Shown: piece after piece, positions 50,038 to 58,860 of the stretch
How positions within the stretch are numbered: the stretch's first letter is position 1
Layout of the letters: every line of letters begins with the position of its first letter
Assembly: GCA_019115005.1 (NCBI GenBank)
Contig: DXEK01000137.1
Location: 1-62,612, forward strand
DNA from: Candidatus Fusicatenibacter merdavium
GTDB lineage: Bacteria > Bacillota > Clostridia > Lachnospirales > Lachnospiraceae
DNA length: 62,612 nucleotides
Direction: 5' to 3'
The notes under the pieces: model-generated
What the model was told of the DNA's origin: nothing
Database searches by the model: none
Seen by the model: only the letters and a program-made list of their open reading frames with translations
Made by a program: the position numbers and the translations under genes

Positions 50038-50565
50038 TCATTCCGCAAGAGTTTTCATCAGAAATGAATATACCGCCTGGCTCTTTGTTTTCCAGTTATT
50101 GCAGATCGTTTTTGCCGCTTTCTCGGAGGGTACAGTCAGAGTCAGATCGATCAGACTGCTGTTCTGCTCCCGGACCTGACAGCGGACCTCATATTCCTGA
50201 CGGGTATTTTTGTAATAGTCGGCGATCGTAGACACTTCATTTCTCATTTCATAAGAATTATCCTTCAGATACTGGTCGATGTCATCCCGGATCTCACTGG
50301 AAATTTCCTTGACAAAGAATTCCAGGGTATGGCGTCCTTCCTCCGTCATCTGATAGTAAGAAGTATTCCGGATCGTTTCCACCTCCACCAAATGGGTGTC
50401 CAGCATTTCAGAGATCGCCTGCTGGAGATGGAAATAGTTTGTGTATCCCCGGTCGAGGATATAATCGGAAATCTGAGCGTTGGTGAGCGGAAAATTCACT
50501 TTCTGAAGCATATAGAGAATGATCAGCTTGTACAGGGTAAATGTAGATTCAATCAAATGTCTCAC
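50038..50565 (-). CDS. DUF4364-like protein
   Basis: LYKLIILYML..FPLTN.QIS..YTNYF.LQ. Confidence 0.75.
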   Translation of the reverse strand: MRHLIESTFTLYKLIILYMLQKVNFPLTNAQISDYILDRGYTNYFHLQQAISEMLDTHLVEVETIRNTSYYQMTEEGRHTLEFFVKEISSEIRDDIDQYLKDNSYEMRNEVSTIADYYKNTRQEYEVRCQVREQNSSLIDLTLTVPSEKAAKTICNNWKTKSQAVYSFLMKTLAE

Positions 50566-50594
50566 CTTTCCTTTCTTTATAAAAACAGAATGAT

Positions 50595-51599
50595 TCAGAA
50601 ATTTTTGTCTGAGGTATTTTTTGTGTAGTTTGGCCGGGGCTGCCCATTTGCTGTATCGGTCATACGAAATCCCAGATCTTTTCCCTGCCAGATCTGCGCT
50701 TCCTTCAGTCTGCGGTGCAGATCATTCAGAACAGAGCGTTTGGCCTGGCTCCAGAGCGGTGCGATCAGCAGATCCTTCGGTCCGTCTCCTGTGAGGCGGT
50801 GGATCACCAGATCCGGTCTCAAAGCGGCGAGACAGTGCATGACCAGCGTCAGATAAGCGTCCCGGTCCAGAACCTGGAATTTCCCGTCGAGATAATCTTT
50901 GGCGAGATCCGTATGTTTCAAGACGTGGAGCAGCTGAAGCTTGATCCCGCTGACCGGCTGCCGATTCAGATAATGCATCGTATCCAGCACCATCTCTTCC
51001 GTCTCGAAAGGCAGTCCCAGGATTGTATGGACGATCACCGGAATCTCTCGCCGATGCAGCTCTTCCAGGGCAGTCTCAAAACAGGAAAGCGGATATCCCC
51101 GCCGGATATAAGCGGCAGTGGACGCGTGGATTGTCTGGAGTCCGAGTTCCACCCAGACCGGTTTCCAACGGTTCAGCCGTTCCAGAAGATCCAGAATCTC
51201 CGCGCCGAGACAGTCCGGCCGTGTCGCGACAGACAAAATTACCACTTCCGGGTCAGACAAAGCCTCCGTGAACAATTTTTCCAGAACATTCACAGGGGCA
51301 TACGTATTCGTATAAGCCTGAAAGTAAGCGATATACTTTCGGACAGGCCGCTTTTTCTGCAGCATCGCCTTCTGCGCCCGTATCTGCTCCGAAATCGAGA
51401 GCCGCCGGTCACCGGCAAAATCCCCGGAGCCGCCCTCACTGCAGAAAATACAGCCGCGCGTCCCGCAGGTTCCATCCCGGTTCGGACAGGTCATCCCGCC
51501 GTCCAGAGAAAGCTTGTAAACCTTCTCGCCAAATTCCTTTTTCAAATATGCGTCCAGGGAATAATAAGGCTTTCCCAGCCATTCCGAAGGCAGATACAT
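50595..51599 (-). CDS. Radical SAM protein (TIGR01212/YhcC-like)
   Basis: CPNRDGTCGTRGCIFC, YFQAYTNTY, TRPDC, ELGLQT. Confidence 0.9.
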   Translation of the reverse strand: MYLPSEWLGKPYYSLDAYLKKEFGEKVYKLSLDGGMTCPNRDGTCGTRGCIFCSEGGSGDFAGDRRLSISEQIRAQKAMLQKKRPVRKYIAYFQAYTNTYAPVNVLEKLFTEALSDPEVVILSVATRPDCLGAEILDLLERLNRWKPVWVELGLQTIHASTAAYIRRGYPLSCFETALEELHRREIPVIVHTILGLPFETEEMVLDTMHYLNRQPVSGIKLQLLHVLKHTDLAKDYLDGKFQVLDRDAYLTLVMHCLAALRPDLVIHRLTGDGPKDLLIAPLWSQAKRSVLNDLHRRLKEAQIWQGKDLGFRMTDTANGQPRPNYTKNTSDKNF

Positions 51600-51669
51600 A
51601 AACCGATTCCTTTCAGAGTTCATTCGTTCATTTTTCGCAACAATCCGCTGAACAGAATTGTTATCATTT

Positions 51670-51697
51670 GTTACAGTTCAGCTGGCTGAACAGCAAC
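51670..51697. repeat. 11-6-11 palindrome
   Basis: GTTACAGTTCA-GCTGGC-TGAACAGCAAC. Confidence 0.7.
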
Positions 51698-51882
51698 TAT
51701 CATTTTCGGACCGGTCCGGAATATCATAAAACCGCGAAAATTTTCACGGCCGTTTCCTCATGCGGATTTTAATGAATCCGGATCAATCTTCTTCAGTATA
51801 AATCATCCGCTGTTTTTTTACAAGCGGGGATAACGTGACGGATTCTGGAGAAGATAAAGAAAAGAACGAAAGAAATCATGAC

Positions 51883-51969
51883 GGCGCGGCAGGCGCGCCA
51901 GGAGAAGGAAAGTCTGGAAGTAATCTTCCAAATCTGTCTTAATGACGCGGCAAGTGCGCCGGAAGGAGG
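51883..51969 (+). repeat. Two-hairpin RBS-proximal module, copy C, with an extra upstream hairpin 2
   Basis: GGCGCG-GCAGG-CGCGCC AGGAG; TCTGGAAG-TAAT-CTTCCAAA; TGACGCG-GCAAG-TGCGCCG; GAAGGAGG. Confidence 0.7.
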
Positions 51970-51973
51970 AAAA

Positions 51974-52228
51974 ATGCAAAGATCAAAACGAACAGACCAT
52001 ACGAAAACAGAACAGACCTCAGTTCACAAAACCACAGACAATTCCAAAACATCCGAAGATCCATACAAAATCGGAGAGGACACCGGCTTCGCCTGCTCCG
52101 CCCAGGACTGCACCGGCCTGATCCCCTCCCTGCCGGAATCCGAAGCCCAGATCGAAATGTACCAGGAACTGTTCCCCTATATGGCAAAAGCCGAGACTCC
52201 TGAGAGAGAAAAAGCTGAGAAAGAATAA
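51974..52228 (+). CDS. Small hypothetical protein
   Basis: Strong RBS; ACSAQDCTGLIP motif. Confidence 0.7.
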   Translation: MQRSKRTDHTKTEQTSVHKTTDNSKTSEDPYKIGEDTGFACSAQDCTGLIPSLPESEAQIEMYQELFPYMAKAETPEREKAEKE

Positions 52229-52510
52229 GGATTTTCCCTATCCGATCACGCGGCGGGAGTTAAAATCACGTATCGCAGTTTCCCTTCCGCTCCTCACCAC
52301 CAGAAAACCGGCGGCCGCGGGCCTGCCCCGCCCGCGGCCGCCGGTTTTCGTCCCTCCGACCCTTGACAGTAGCGCATGAGATATACTAAAATGTACCAGA
52401 AACAGAGCACATCGCCCAAAGAAAAGCCGCCGCCCGGCCAGACCGCCGGCCGTCAGCTTTTTCTGCGTGTGCCAAAGAAAAAATCGGAAATAATAAGGAG
52501 AGTAACACCT

Positions 52511-54103
52511 GTGGCTGATTACACAAAAGAAATAGAAAGACGCCGGACCTTCGCGATCATCTCGCACCCTGACGCCGGCAAAACGACGCTGACCGAAAAA
52601 TTCCTCCTGTACGGCGGAGCCATCAACCTGGCCGGATCCGTAAAAGGAAAAGCGACCGCCCGCCATGCAGTCTCCGACTGGATGGAAATCGAGAAAGAAC
52701 GAGGAATCTCCGTCACCTCGTCCGTCCTCCAGTTTAACTATGACGGATACTGCATCAACATTCTGGATACCCCCGGACACCAGGATTTCTCCGAGGACAC
52801 CTACCGTACCCTGATGGCAGCGGACTCTGCCGTCATGGTCATCGACGGTTCGAAAGGTGTGGAGGCACAGACAAGAAAACTGTTCAAAGTCTGCGTGATG
52901 CGTCATATCCCTATCTTTACGTTCATTAATAAGATGGACCGCGACGCCAACGATACGTTCGATCTGCTGGACGAGATCGAAAAGGAACTCGGCATCGCCA
53001 CCTGCCCGATCAACTGGCCCATCGGCTCCGGAAAAAAATTCCGTGGAGTTTACGACCGGAACACAAAAAAGGTCCTGACTTTTTCCGATACGATGAAAGG
53101 AACGAAGGAAGGAGTCGAGGAGGAGATCGATCTGGACGATCCCCATCTGTTGGATGTGGTGGACGAGGACCAGAAGGAACAGCTGATGGAGGAGATCGAG
53201 CTTCTGGACGGCGCCAGCGCAGAGTTCGATCAGGAACTGGTCAGCAAGGGAGAACTCTCGCCGGTGTTCTTCGGGTCTGCTCTGACGAACTTTGGCGTGG
53301 AAACCTTCCTGCGCCATTTCCTGACCATGACGACCTCCCCGCTGCCGAGAAAAGCGGACTGCGGGATCATCGATCCGATGAAAGAGGATTTTTCCGCGTT
53401 TGTCTTTAAGATTCAGGCGAATATGAACAAAGCACACAGAGACCGTATCGCGTTTATGCGCATCTGTTCCGGAAGATTCGACGCCGGAATGGAAGTTTAC
53501 CATGTGCAGGGAGACAAAAAAATGCGTCTCTCTCAGCCGCAGCAGATGATGGCCAGCGACCGCCATGTGGTGGACGAAGCCTTTGCGGGAGATATTATCG
53601 GAGTCTTTGATCCCGGTATTTTTTCCATCGGTGATACCGTCTGTACGCCGGGAAAAAAATTCGCCTATGAGGGGATCCCGACCTTCGCGCCGGAGCACTT
53701 TGCGAGAGTCCGCCTGCTGGATTCCATGAAGAGAAAGCAGTTTGTCAAGGGGATCAACCAGATCGCCCAGGAGGGCGCGATCCAGATCTTCCAGGAGTAC
53801 AAAGGCGGCATGGAAGAGATCATAGTCGGAGTTGTCGGCGTCCTGCAGTTTGACGTGTTGAAATACCGTCTGGAAAACGAATACAATGTGGATATCCGTC
53901 TGGAAAGTCTTCCTTATGAACACATCCGCTGGATTGCAAATAAGGAAGAAGTGGATGTGGACCGTATCGCAGGTACTTCTGATATGAAGAAAGTCATGGA
54001 CCTGAAAGGAAATCCGCTGCTGCTGTTCGTAAACCCGTGGAGTGTCGGCATGGTGGAAGAGCGCAATGAAAATCTGAAGCTAGAAGAGTTCAGCAGAAAT
54101 TAA
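52511..54103 (+). CDS. prfC: Peptide chain release factor 3
   Basis: RRTFAIISHPDAGKTTLTEK, DTPGHQDFSEDT, NKMD. Confidence 0.97.
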   Translation: MADYTKEIERRRTFAIISHPDAGKTTLTEKFLLYGGAINLAGSVKGKATARHAVSDWMEIEKERGISVTSSVLQFNYDGYCINILDTPGHQDFSEDTYRTLMAADSAVMVIDGSKGVEAQTRKLFKVCVMRHIPIFTFINKMDRDANDTFDLLDEIEKELGIATCPINWPIGSGKKFRGVYDRNTKKVLTFSDTMKGTKEGVEEEIDLDDPHLLDVVDEDQKEQLMEEIELLDGASAEFDQELVSKGELSPVFFGSALTNFGVETFLRHFLTMTTSPLPRKADCGIIDPMKEDFSAFVFKIQANMNKAHRDRIAFMRICSGRFDAGMEVYHVQGDKKMRLSQPQQMMASDRHVVDEAFAGDIIGVFDPGIFSIGDTVCTPGKKFAYEGIPTFAPEHFARVRLLDSMKRKQFVKGINQIAQEGAIQIFQEYKGGMEEIIVGVVGVLQFDVLKYRLENEYNVDIRLESLPYEHIRWIANKEEVDVDRIAGTSDMKKVMDLKGNPLLLFVNPWSVGMVEERNENLKLEEFSRN

Positions 54104-54175
54104 AATACAGGCAACCGTTCACCGGGCCGGTGTATGGTAAGTACGCCGGAGGGTTACAGGAAAGGAAAAACACGG

Positions 54176-54859
54176 ATGAATATTTTTGATATACTCGGGC
54201 CTGTCATGGTAGGGCCGTCCAGTTCCCACACGGCAGGCGCCGTGCGGATCGGTCTGGTGACAAGAAGACTTCTCGGGGAAAAAGTAAAGAATGCCAGGAT
54301 CGGAATGTACGGATCTTTTGCGGCTACGGGAAAAGGCCATGGAACGGACCGGGCGCTGGTTGCCGGACTGCTCGGCATGGAGCCGGACGATACCCGGATC
54401 CCCGACAGCTTTTCCCAGGCGCAGCGGGAAGACATGAAATTTGAGATCGGGGAAGTGAGCCTTTCCGGCGCTCATCCGAATACAGCAGTGCTGAAGGTGG
54501 AGGGCGTTTCCGGCAGGACCCTGGAGGTACAGGCGAGTTCTCTCGGCGGCGGGAGGATCATGATCAACCGGCTGGACGGCATTGACGTCAACTGTACCTG
54601 TGAGATGCCGACGCTGATCGTCCACAACATCGATCAGCCGGGGCATGTGGCGAAGGTCACTTCCATGCTGTTTGAGAGTAACATCAACATTGCCAATATG
54701 TCTCTGTACCGCGACCGCAGAGGAGGGATCGCGGTCATGGTCATCGAGGCGGATAAGGAAATTCCCGAAAAGATGCTGGAATGGCTGAAACAGCAGGAAG
54801 GGATCAAGAAAGTGACCTATATCAACGCTGCGGAAGGAGAAGAAAACAATGGCATATAA
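54176..54859 (+). CDS. sdaAB: L-serine dehydratase beta subunit
   Basis: GPVMVGPSSSHTAGA, GHGTD, ACT domain. Confidence 0.95.
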   Translation: MNIFDILGPVMVGPSSSHTAGAVRIGLVTRRLLGEKVKNARIGMYGSFAATGKGHGTDRALVAGLLGMEPDDTRIPDSFSQAQREDMKFEIGEVSLSGAHPNTAVLKVEGVSGRTLEVQASSLGGGRIMINRLDGIDVNCTCEMPTLIVHNIDQPGHVAKVTSMLFESNINIANMSLYRDRRGGIAVMVIEADKEIPEKMLEWLKQQEGIKKVTYINAAEGEENNGI

Positions 54860-55724
54860 ATCACTGGAAGAAATAGAAAACCGCTGCCGGGACGAGCAGA
54901 TTTCCTTTCAGGAGGCGGTGCTGTTGGACGACCTGAATGAAAGAGGCGTCGGGCGTGAGAATTCCCGTGCCGCCATGGAAAAACTCTGGAAAGCGATGAA
55001 GGAGGCGGCTGCCGGATACGATCCGAAACTCCGCTCCCACAGCGGACTGGTGGGCGGCGCCGGCAGTAAAATGAGGGAATACCTGAAGCAGGAGGAACCG
55101 CTGAGCGGGGCGTTTACCGGGAAGGTGATTGCCTCCGCGCTGGAGATGGGAGAGTCTAACGCCTGCATGAAGCGGATCGTCGCAGCTCCGACTGCGGGGG
55201 CCTGCGGAGTCCTTCCCGCGGTCCTGGTCAATTACCAGAAAGAATATAGGACCTCAGATCAGAAAATCGTAGACGCACTCTATGTGGCAGCGGGTATCGG
55301 ACAGGTGATCGCAAGCCGTGCGTTTATCGCCGGGGCTCTGGGCGGCTGCCAGGCAGAGATCGGCTCCGCCAGCGCAATGGCCGCGGGAGCGCTGGTATCC
55401 CTCCGCGGCGGGAATGAGAGACAGATCTCCCACGCGGCTGCCATGGCGCTGAAAAATCTTCTCGGCCTGGTCTGTGACCCGGTCGGGGGGCTGGTGGAGG
55501 TTCCCTGTGTAAAGCGCAACGTGATCGGCGCAGTCAATGCGCTTGCCGCGGCGGATATGTCTCTGGCCGGTATTGAGAGCCGGATCTCCCCGGATCAGGT
55601 GATCGACGCAATGCGGCAGGTCGGTGAACAGATGCATCCGTCTCTGAAAGAAACCGGAGAGGGCGGACTGGCGGCCACGCCGGACGCAAAAAACGCTTTT
55701 ATTTTTGTGGAAGGTTTGGTATAA
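54849..55724 (+). CDS. sdaAA: L-serine dehydratase alpha subunit
   Basis: AAPTAG, GCQAE, LGLVCDPV..VPC..RN. Confidence 0.95.
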   Translation: MAYKSLEEIENRCRDEQISFQEAVLLDDLNERGVGRENSRAAMEKLWKAMKEAAAGYDPKLRSHSGLVGGAGSKMREYLKQEEPLSGAFTGKVIASALEMGESNACMKRIVAAPTAGACGVLPAVLVNYQKEYRTSDQKIVDALYVAAGIGQVIASRAFIAGALGGCQAEIGSASAMAAGALVSLRGGNERQISHAAAMALKNLLGLVCDPVGGLVEVPCVKRNVIGAVNALAAADMSLAGIESRISPDQVIDAMRQVGEQMHPSLKETGEGGLAATPDAKNAFIFVEGLV

Positions 55725-55756
55725 TAATAGAAAGTTTAGCCAAAGGAGGTTTCGAA

Positions 55757-56149
55757 ATGGCAGATACAAAGAACCAAAAGAGAGACGCTTATACGATCTA
55801 TGATGATGAAGGAATCGGAACCGTTCAGATTGCCGACGAAGTGGTAGCGATCATCGCCGGCCTTGCCGCTACGGAAGTGGAAGGTGTGGCCTCCATGGCG
55901 GGAAATATTACCAATGAACTGGTAGGTAAACTGGGTATGAAGAACCTTTCCAAGGGCGTGAAAGTTGATGTGCTGGAAGGTGTTGTCTGCGTAGATCTGG
56001 CTTTGAATATCAAATATGGCTATGGAATTCCGGAAACCAGCAAGACCGTACAGGAAAAGGTCAAAGCTGCGATCGAGAATATGACAGGACTGGAAGTATC
56101 CGATGTGAATGTGGCAATCGCAGGCGTGGATATGGAGCAGACGAAATAA
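55757..56149 (+). CDS. Asp23/Gls24 family protein
   Basis: IADEVVAIIAGLAA, VQEKVK..IENMTGL.V..VNV. Confidence 0.92.
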   Translation: MADTKNQKRDAYTIYDDEGIGTVQIADEVVAIIAGLAATEVEGVASMAGNITNELVGKLGMKNLSKGVKVDVLEGVVCVDLALNIKYGYGIPETSKTVQEKVKAAIENMTGLEVSDVNVAIAGVDMEQTK

Positions 56150-56226
56150 GAGAAGCTGAAACCGCGGGGGATGGTTGAGAAATTTGGCTGACCTTTCGCG
56201 GTTTTCTTTATGAGAGAGGAAAACGA

Positions 56227-56844
56227 ATGAAGATTATTGAACCGTATTTTGAGATCATGGACGAACTGGACGGCCGTAAGATGCTGCAGAAGATTGAAAA
56301 GATCGGAAGAGTCTGCTATAAGAGCGAGGATCTGATCACAGAGGACTCTGCGGAGAAATTTGTCGGAAATATTCTGAAGAGAGGCCATGAGTCGGTGATC
56401 GAACATGAGAAGATCTCCGTGAAGATGGTATGCGACAGAGGTGTGACTCATGAGATCGTTCGCCACCGGGTGGCCAGCTACAGTCAGGAGAGTACCAGGT
56501 ATTGTAATTACCAGAAAGACAAGTTTGGAAATGAGCTGACCTTTATCAAGCCGGTGTTCTGGAGCGAGGACTCGGAGGAGTATGCAGTCTGGAAAAATAT
56601 GATGCAGCAGTGTGAGGATCAGTATATGAAGCTGATCGATCTGGGAGCGTCTCCCCAGGAAGCGAGAAGTATTCTGCCGAACAGCCTGAAGACAGAGATT
56701 GTCGTGACGATGAATCTGAGGGAGTGGAGACATTTCTTCCGCCTGCGCACAGCCGGCGCGGCGCATCCGCAGATGCGTGAGATCGCCTGCATGGTGCTGG
56801 AGGAATTCCGCAGGCAGATCCCGGTTGTGTTTGATGAACTGTAA
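56227..56844 (+). CDS. thyX: FAD-dependent thymidylate synthase
   Basis: GHESVIEH, EIVRHRVASYSQESTRY, AHPQMR. Confidence 0.92.
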   Translation: MKIIEPYFEIMDELDGRKMLQKIEKIGRVCYKSEDLITEDSAEKFVGNILKRGHESVIEHEKISVKMVCDRGVTHEIVRHRVASYSQESTRYCNYQKDKFGNELTFIKPVFWSEDSEEYAVWKNMMQQCEDQYMKLIDLGASPQEARSILPNSLKTEIVVTMNLREWRHFFRLRTAGAAHPQMREIACMVLEEFRRQIPVVFDEL

Positions 56845-56925
56845 AGGGCGGAGAAGCGCGCAGTCTGCTGATATATGGGAAAATCCGCCGGATAAGGCGG
56901 TGAAAAGAAAAGTAAGAGGGAGAGG

Positions 56926-57351
56926 ATGACAGGAAGAATGAACAGAAGTCAACTGAGGGAAAACATTTTTAAGTTGCTTTATCTTTCCGGATTTAACAGC
57001 GAGGATGAGATGGGGAGCCAGATGGCTCTTTATTTTGAGGGACAGGATGTCGTTCCCAGCGGGAAAGATCAGGCATATATTGAGAAAAAATATTCAAAGG
57101 TGAAGGAGCATCTGGAAGAGATCGACCGGCTGCTCAATGAGACCTCTGAAGGATGGAAGACCAGCCGTATGGGAAAGGTAGACCTGGCGATCCTGCGGCT
57201 GGCGGTTTATGAGATGCTTTTTGATGAGGATGTGCCGGTCGGCGTTGCGATCAATGAGGCGGTAGAACTCGGAAAGAAATTCGGCACCGACGATTCCTCT
57301 TCGTTCATCAACGGAATTCTGGGAAAACTGGCAAAGAAAGCCGATGCGTAG
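56926..57351 (+). CDS. nusB: Transcription antitermination factor NusB
   Basis: VDLAILRLA, VAINEAVEL, FINGIL. Confidence 0.95.
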   Translation: MTGRMNRSQLRENIFKLLYLSGFNSEDEMGSQMALYFEGQDVVPSGKDQAYIEKKYSKVKEHLEEIDRLLNETSEGWKTSRMGKVDLAILRLAVYEMLFDEDVPVGVAINEAVELGKKFGTDDSSSFINGILGKLAKKADA

Positions 57352-58567
57352 TCCCAGCCAGAGCGTATATTCCGTAAGCCAGGTCAACAGTTATATCAAG
57401 AATATGTTTACTCAGGATTTCATGCTGAGCAGGATCTATGTCCGGGGTGAGGTGAGCAACTGTAAGTATCACACCTCCGGTCATCTTTACTTTTCTCTGA
57501 AGGACGCCTCCGGTACGATCGCCTGCGTGATGTTTGCAGGACAGCGCAGGGGTCTGGCTTTCCGGATGAAGGACGGTGACAAGGTCATCGTCGGAGGCAG
57601 TGTCAATGTCTATGAGCGGGACGGAAAATACCAGCTTTATGCAAAGGAAATCAGCCTGGAGGGAGCGGGACTTCTCTACGAGCGTTTTCTGGCTCTGAAA
57701 AAAGAGCTGGAGGAGATGGGAATGTTCGCACAGGAATACAAACAGCCCATCCCATTCTATGTGAAGCGGCTGGGGGTTGTCACTGCGCCTACGGGAGCGG
57801 TGATCCAGGATATCCGGAATGTGGCTTACCGACGGAATCCGTACGTGCAGATTGTGCTCTACCCGGCGCAGGTGCAGGGAGAAGGCGGGGTGCAGAGTAT
57901 TGTCCGCGGGATTGAGACGCTGGACCGTCTGCACCTGGATGTGCTGATTGTGGGAAGAGGCGGCGGTTCCATCGAGGATCTCTGGGCGTTTAACGAGGAA
58001 GCGGTGGCGCGGGCGATCTTTAACTGTGAGACGCCGGTGATCTCGGCGGTGGGACATGAGACGGATACGACGATCGCCGATTATGTGGCGGATCTCCGGG
58101 CGCCGACGCCTTCCGCGGCGGCGGAACTCGCGGTGACGGACATCCGCGGGATCCTGGAACGGATGGGGCAGTATCGCAGGAGAATGAATTACTCTCTGCA
58201 GACACAGGTTCAGCAGGCCAGAACCCGTCTGCAGAGTTATCAGACCCGCTGGAATTATCTGAATCCGGTGCAGAAGCTGGAGAAACAGAAAGAACGGATG
58301 GCACAGGCGGAGCGCAGGCTGCAGGAAAGTATGGAAGCGGTTCTGCAGGGCAAACGTCATCTCCTGGATTTGTATATCCGGCAGCTGCAGGGGCTTTCCC
58401 CGCTGGACAAGCTGAATCAGGGCTTTTCCTATGTGGAAAACCGGGAGCACCGCCCGGTGACGCGGATCGGACAGGTACAGGAGGGAGATCTCCTGAATAT
58501 TCAGGTGACAGATGGAACCATTGAGGCGCAGGTAAAAGCGAAGCGTTCCGTTTCTTCCCGCAGCTGA
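57344..58567 (+). CDS. xseA: Exodeoxyribonuclease VII large subunit
   Basis: SGHLYFSLKD, GRGGGSIEDLWAFN, GHETD, APTPS. Confidence 0.96.
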   Translation: MRSPSQSVYSVSQVNSYIKNMFTQDFMLSRIYVRGEVSNCKYHTSGHLYFSLKDASGTIACVMFAGQRRGLAFRMKDGDKVIVGGSVNVYERDGKYQLYAKEISLEGAGLLYERFLALKKELEEMGMFAQEYKQPIPFYVKRLGVVTAPTGAVIQDIRNVAYRRNPYVQIVLYPAQVQGEGGVQSIVRGIETLDRLHLDVLIVGRGGGSIEDLWAFNEEAVARAIFNCETPVISAVGHETDTTIADYVADLRAPTPSAAAELAVTDIRGILERMGQYRRRMNYSLQTQVQQARTRLQSYQTRWNYLNPVQKLEKQKERMAQAERRLQESMEAVLQGKRHLLDLYIRQLQGLSPLDKLNQGFSYVENREHRPVTRIGQVQEGDLLNIQVTDGTIEAQVKAKRSVSSRS

Positions 58568-58575
58568 TAGATGCA

Positions 58576-58860
58576 GTGCAGGAAGAAACGGAAGAGAGGA
58601 AGGAAACTGGCGTGAACATAGAAGAAAAAGACAAAACGGCGGAGAATGCTGCGCAGGAGCGCACACTGGAGGAAAACTTTGCGCTTCTTGATCAGAAGAT
58701 CGCGCAGCTGGAAGACAGTGAAATCAGCCTGGAGGATTCGTTCCGGGTCTACAAGGAAGGAATGGAGCTTTTAAAGGAATGCAGTGCCAAAATCGACACG
58801 GTGGAGAAAAAGATGCTCCAGATAAATCAGGATGGAACAATTACAGAATTTGGAATTTGA
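58576..58860 (+). CDS. xseB: Exodeoxyribonuclease VII small subunit (start uncertain)
   Basis: LEE....L...I..LE...ISLEDS...YKEG; context. Confidence 0.9.
   Translation: MQEETEERKETGVNIEEKDKTAENAAQERTLEENFALLDQKIAQLEDSEISLEDSFRVYKEGMELLKECSAKIDTVEKKMLQINQDGTITEFGI

Noticed and set aside
20339-51969. Two-hairpin module as an ANTAR target or a conserved leader peptide
   Set aside because: Loops (UAAN, GYAAR) do not fit the hexaloop A1/G4 ANTAR pattern; the leader ORF frame and length differ among copies
14894-53923. Long antisense ORFs (e.g. 14894-16747, 25301-27067, 36089-38035, 52238-53923)
   Set aside because: Shadows of well-supported genes caused by codon bias; no motifs or RBS
120-54121. 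Palindromic repeats as a CRISPR array or integron attC sites
   Set aside because: Dispersed rather than regularly spaced; no spacers, cas genes or integrase; flanking genes are housekeeping
56834-56845. thyX end TGAACTGTAAA as a repeat arm
   Set aside because: Explained by the codons D-E-L-stop; no left arm or GC spacer
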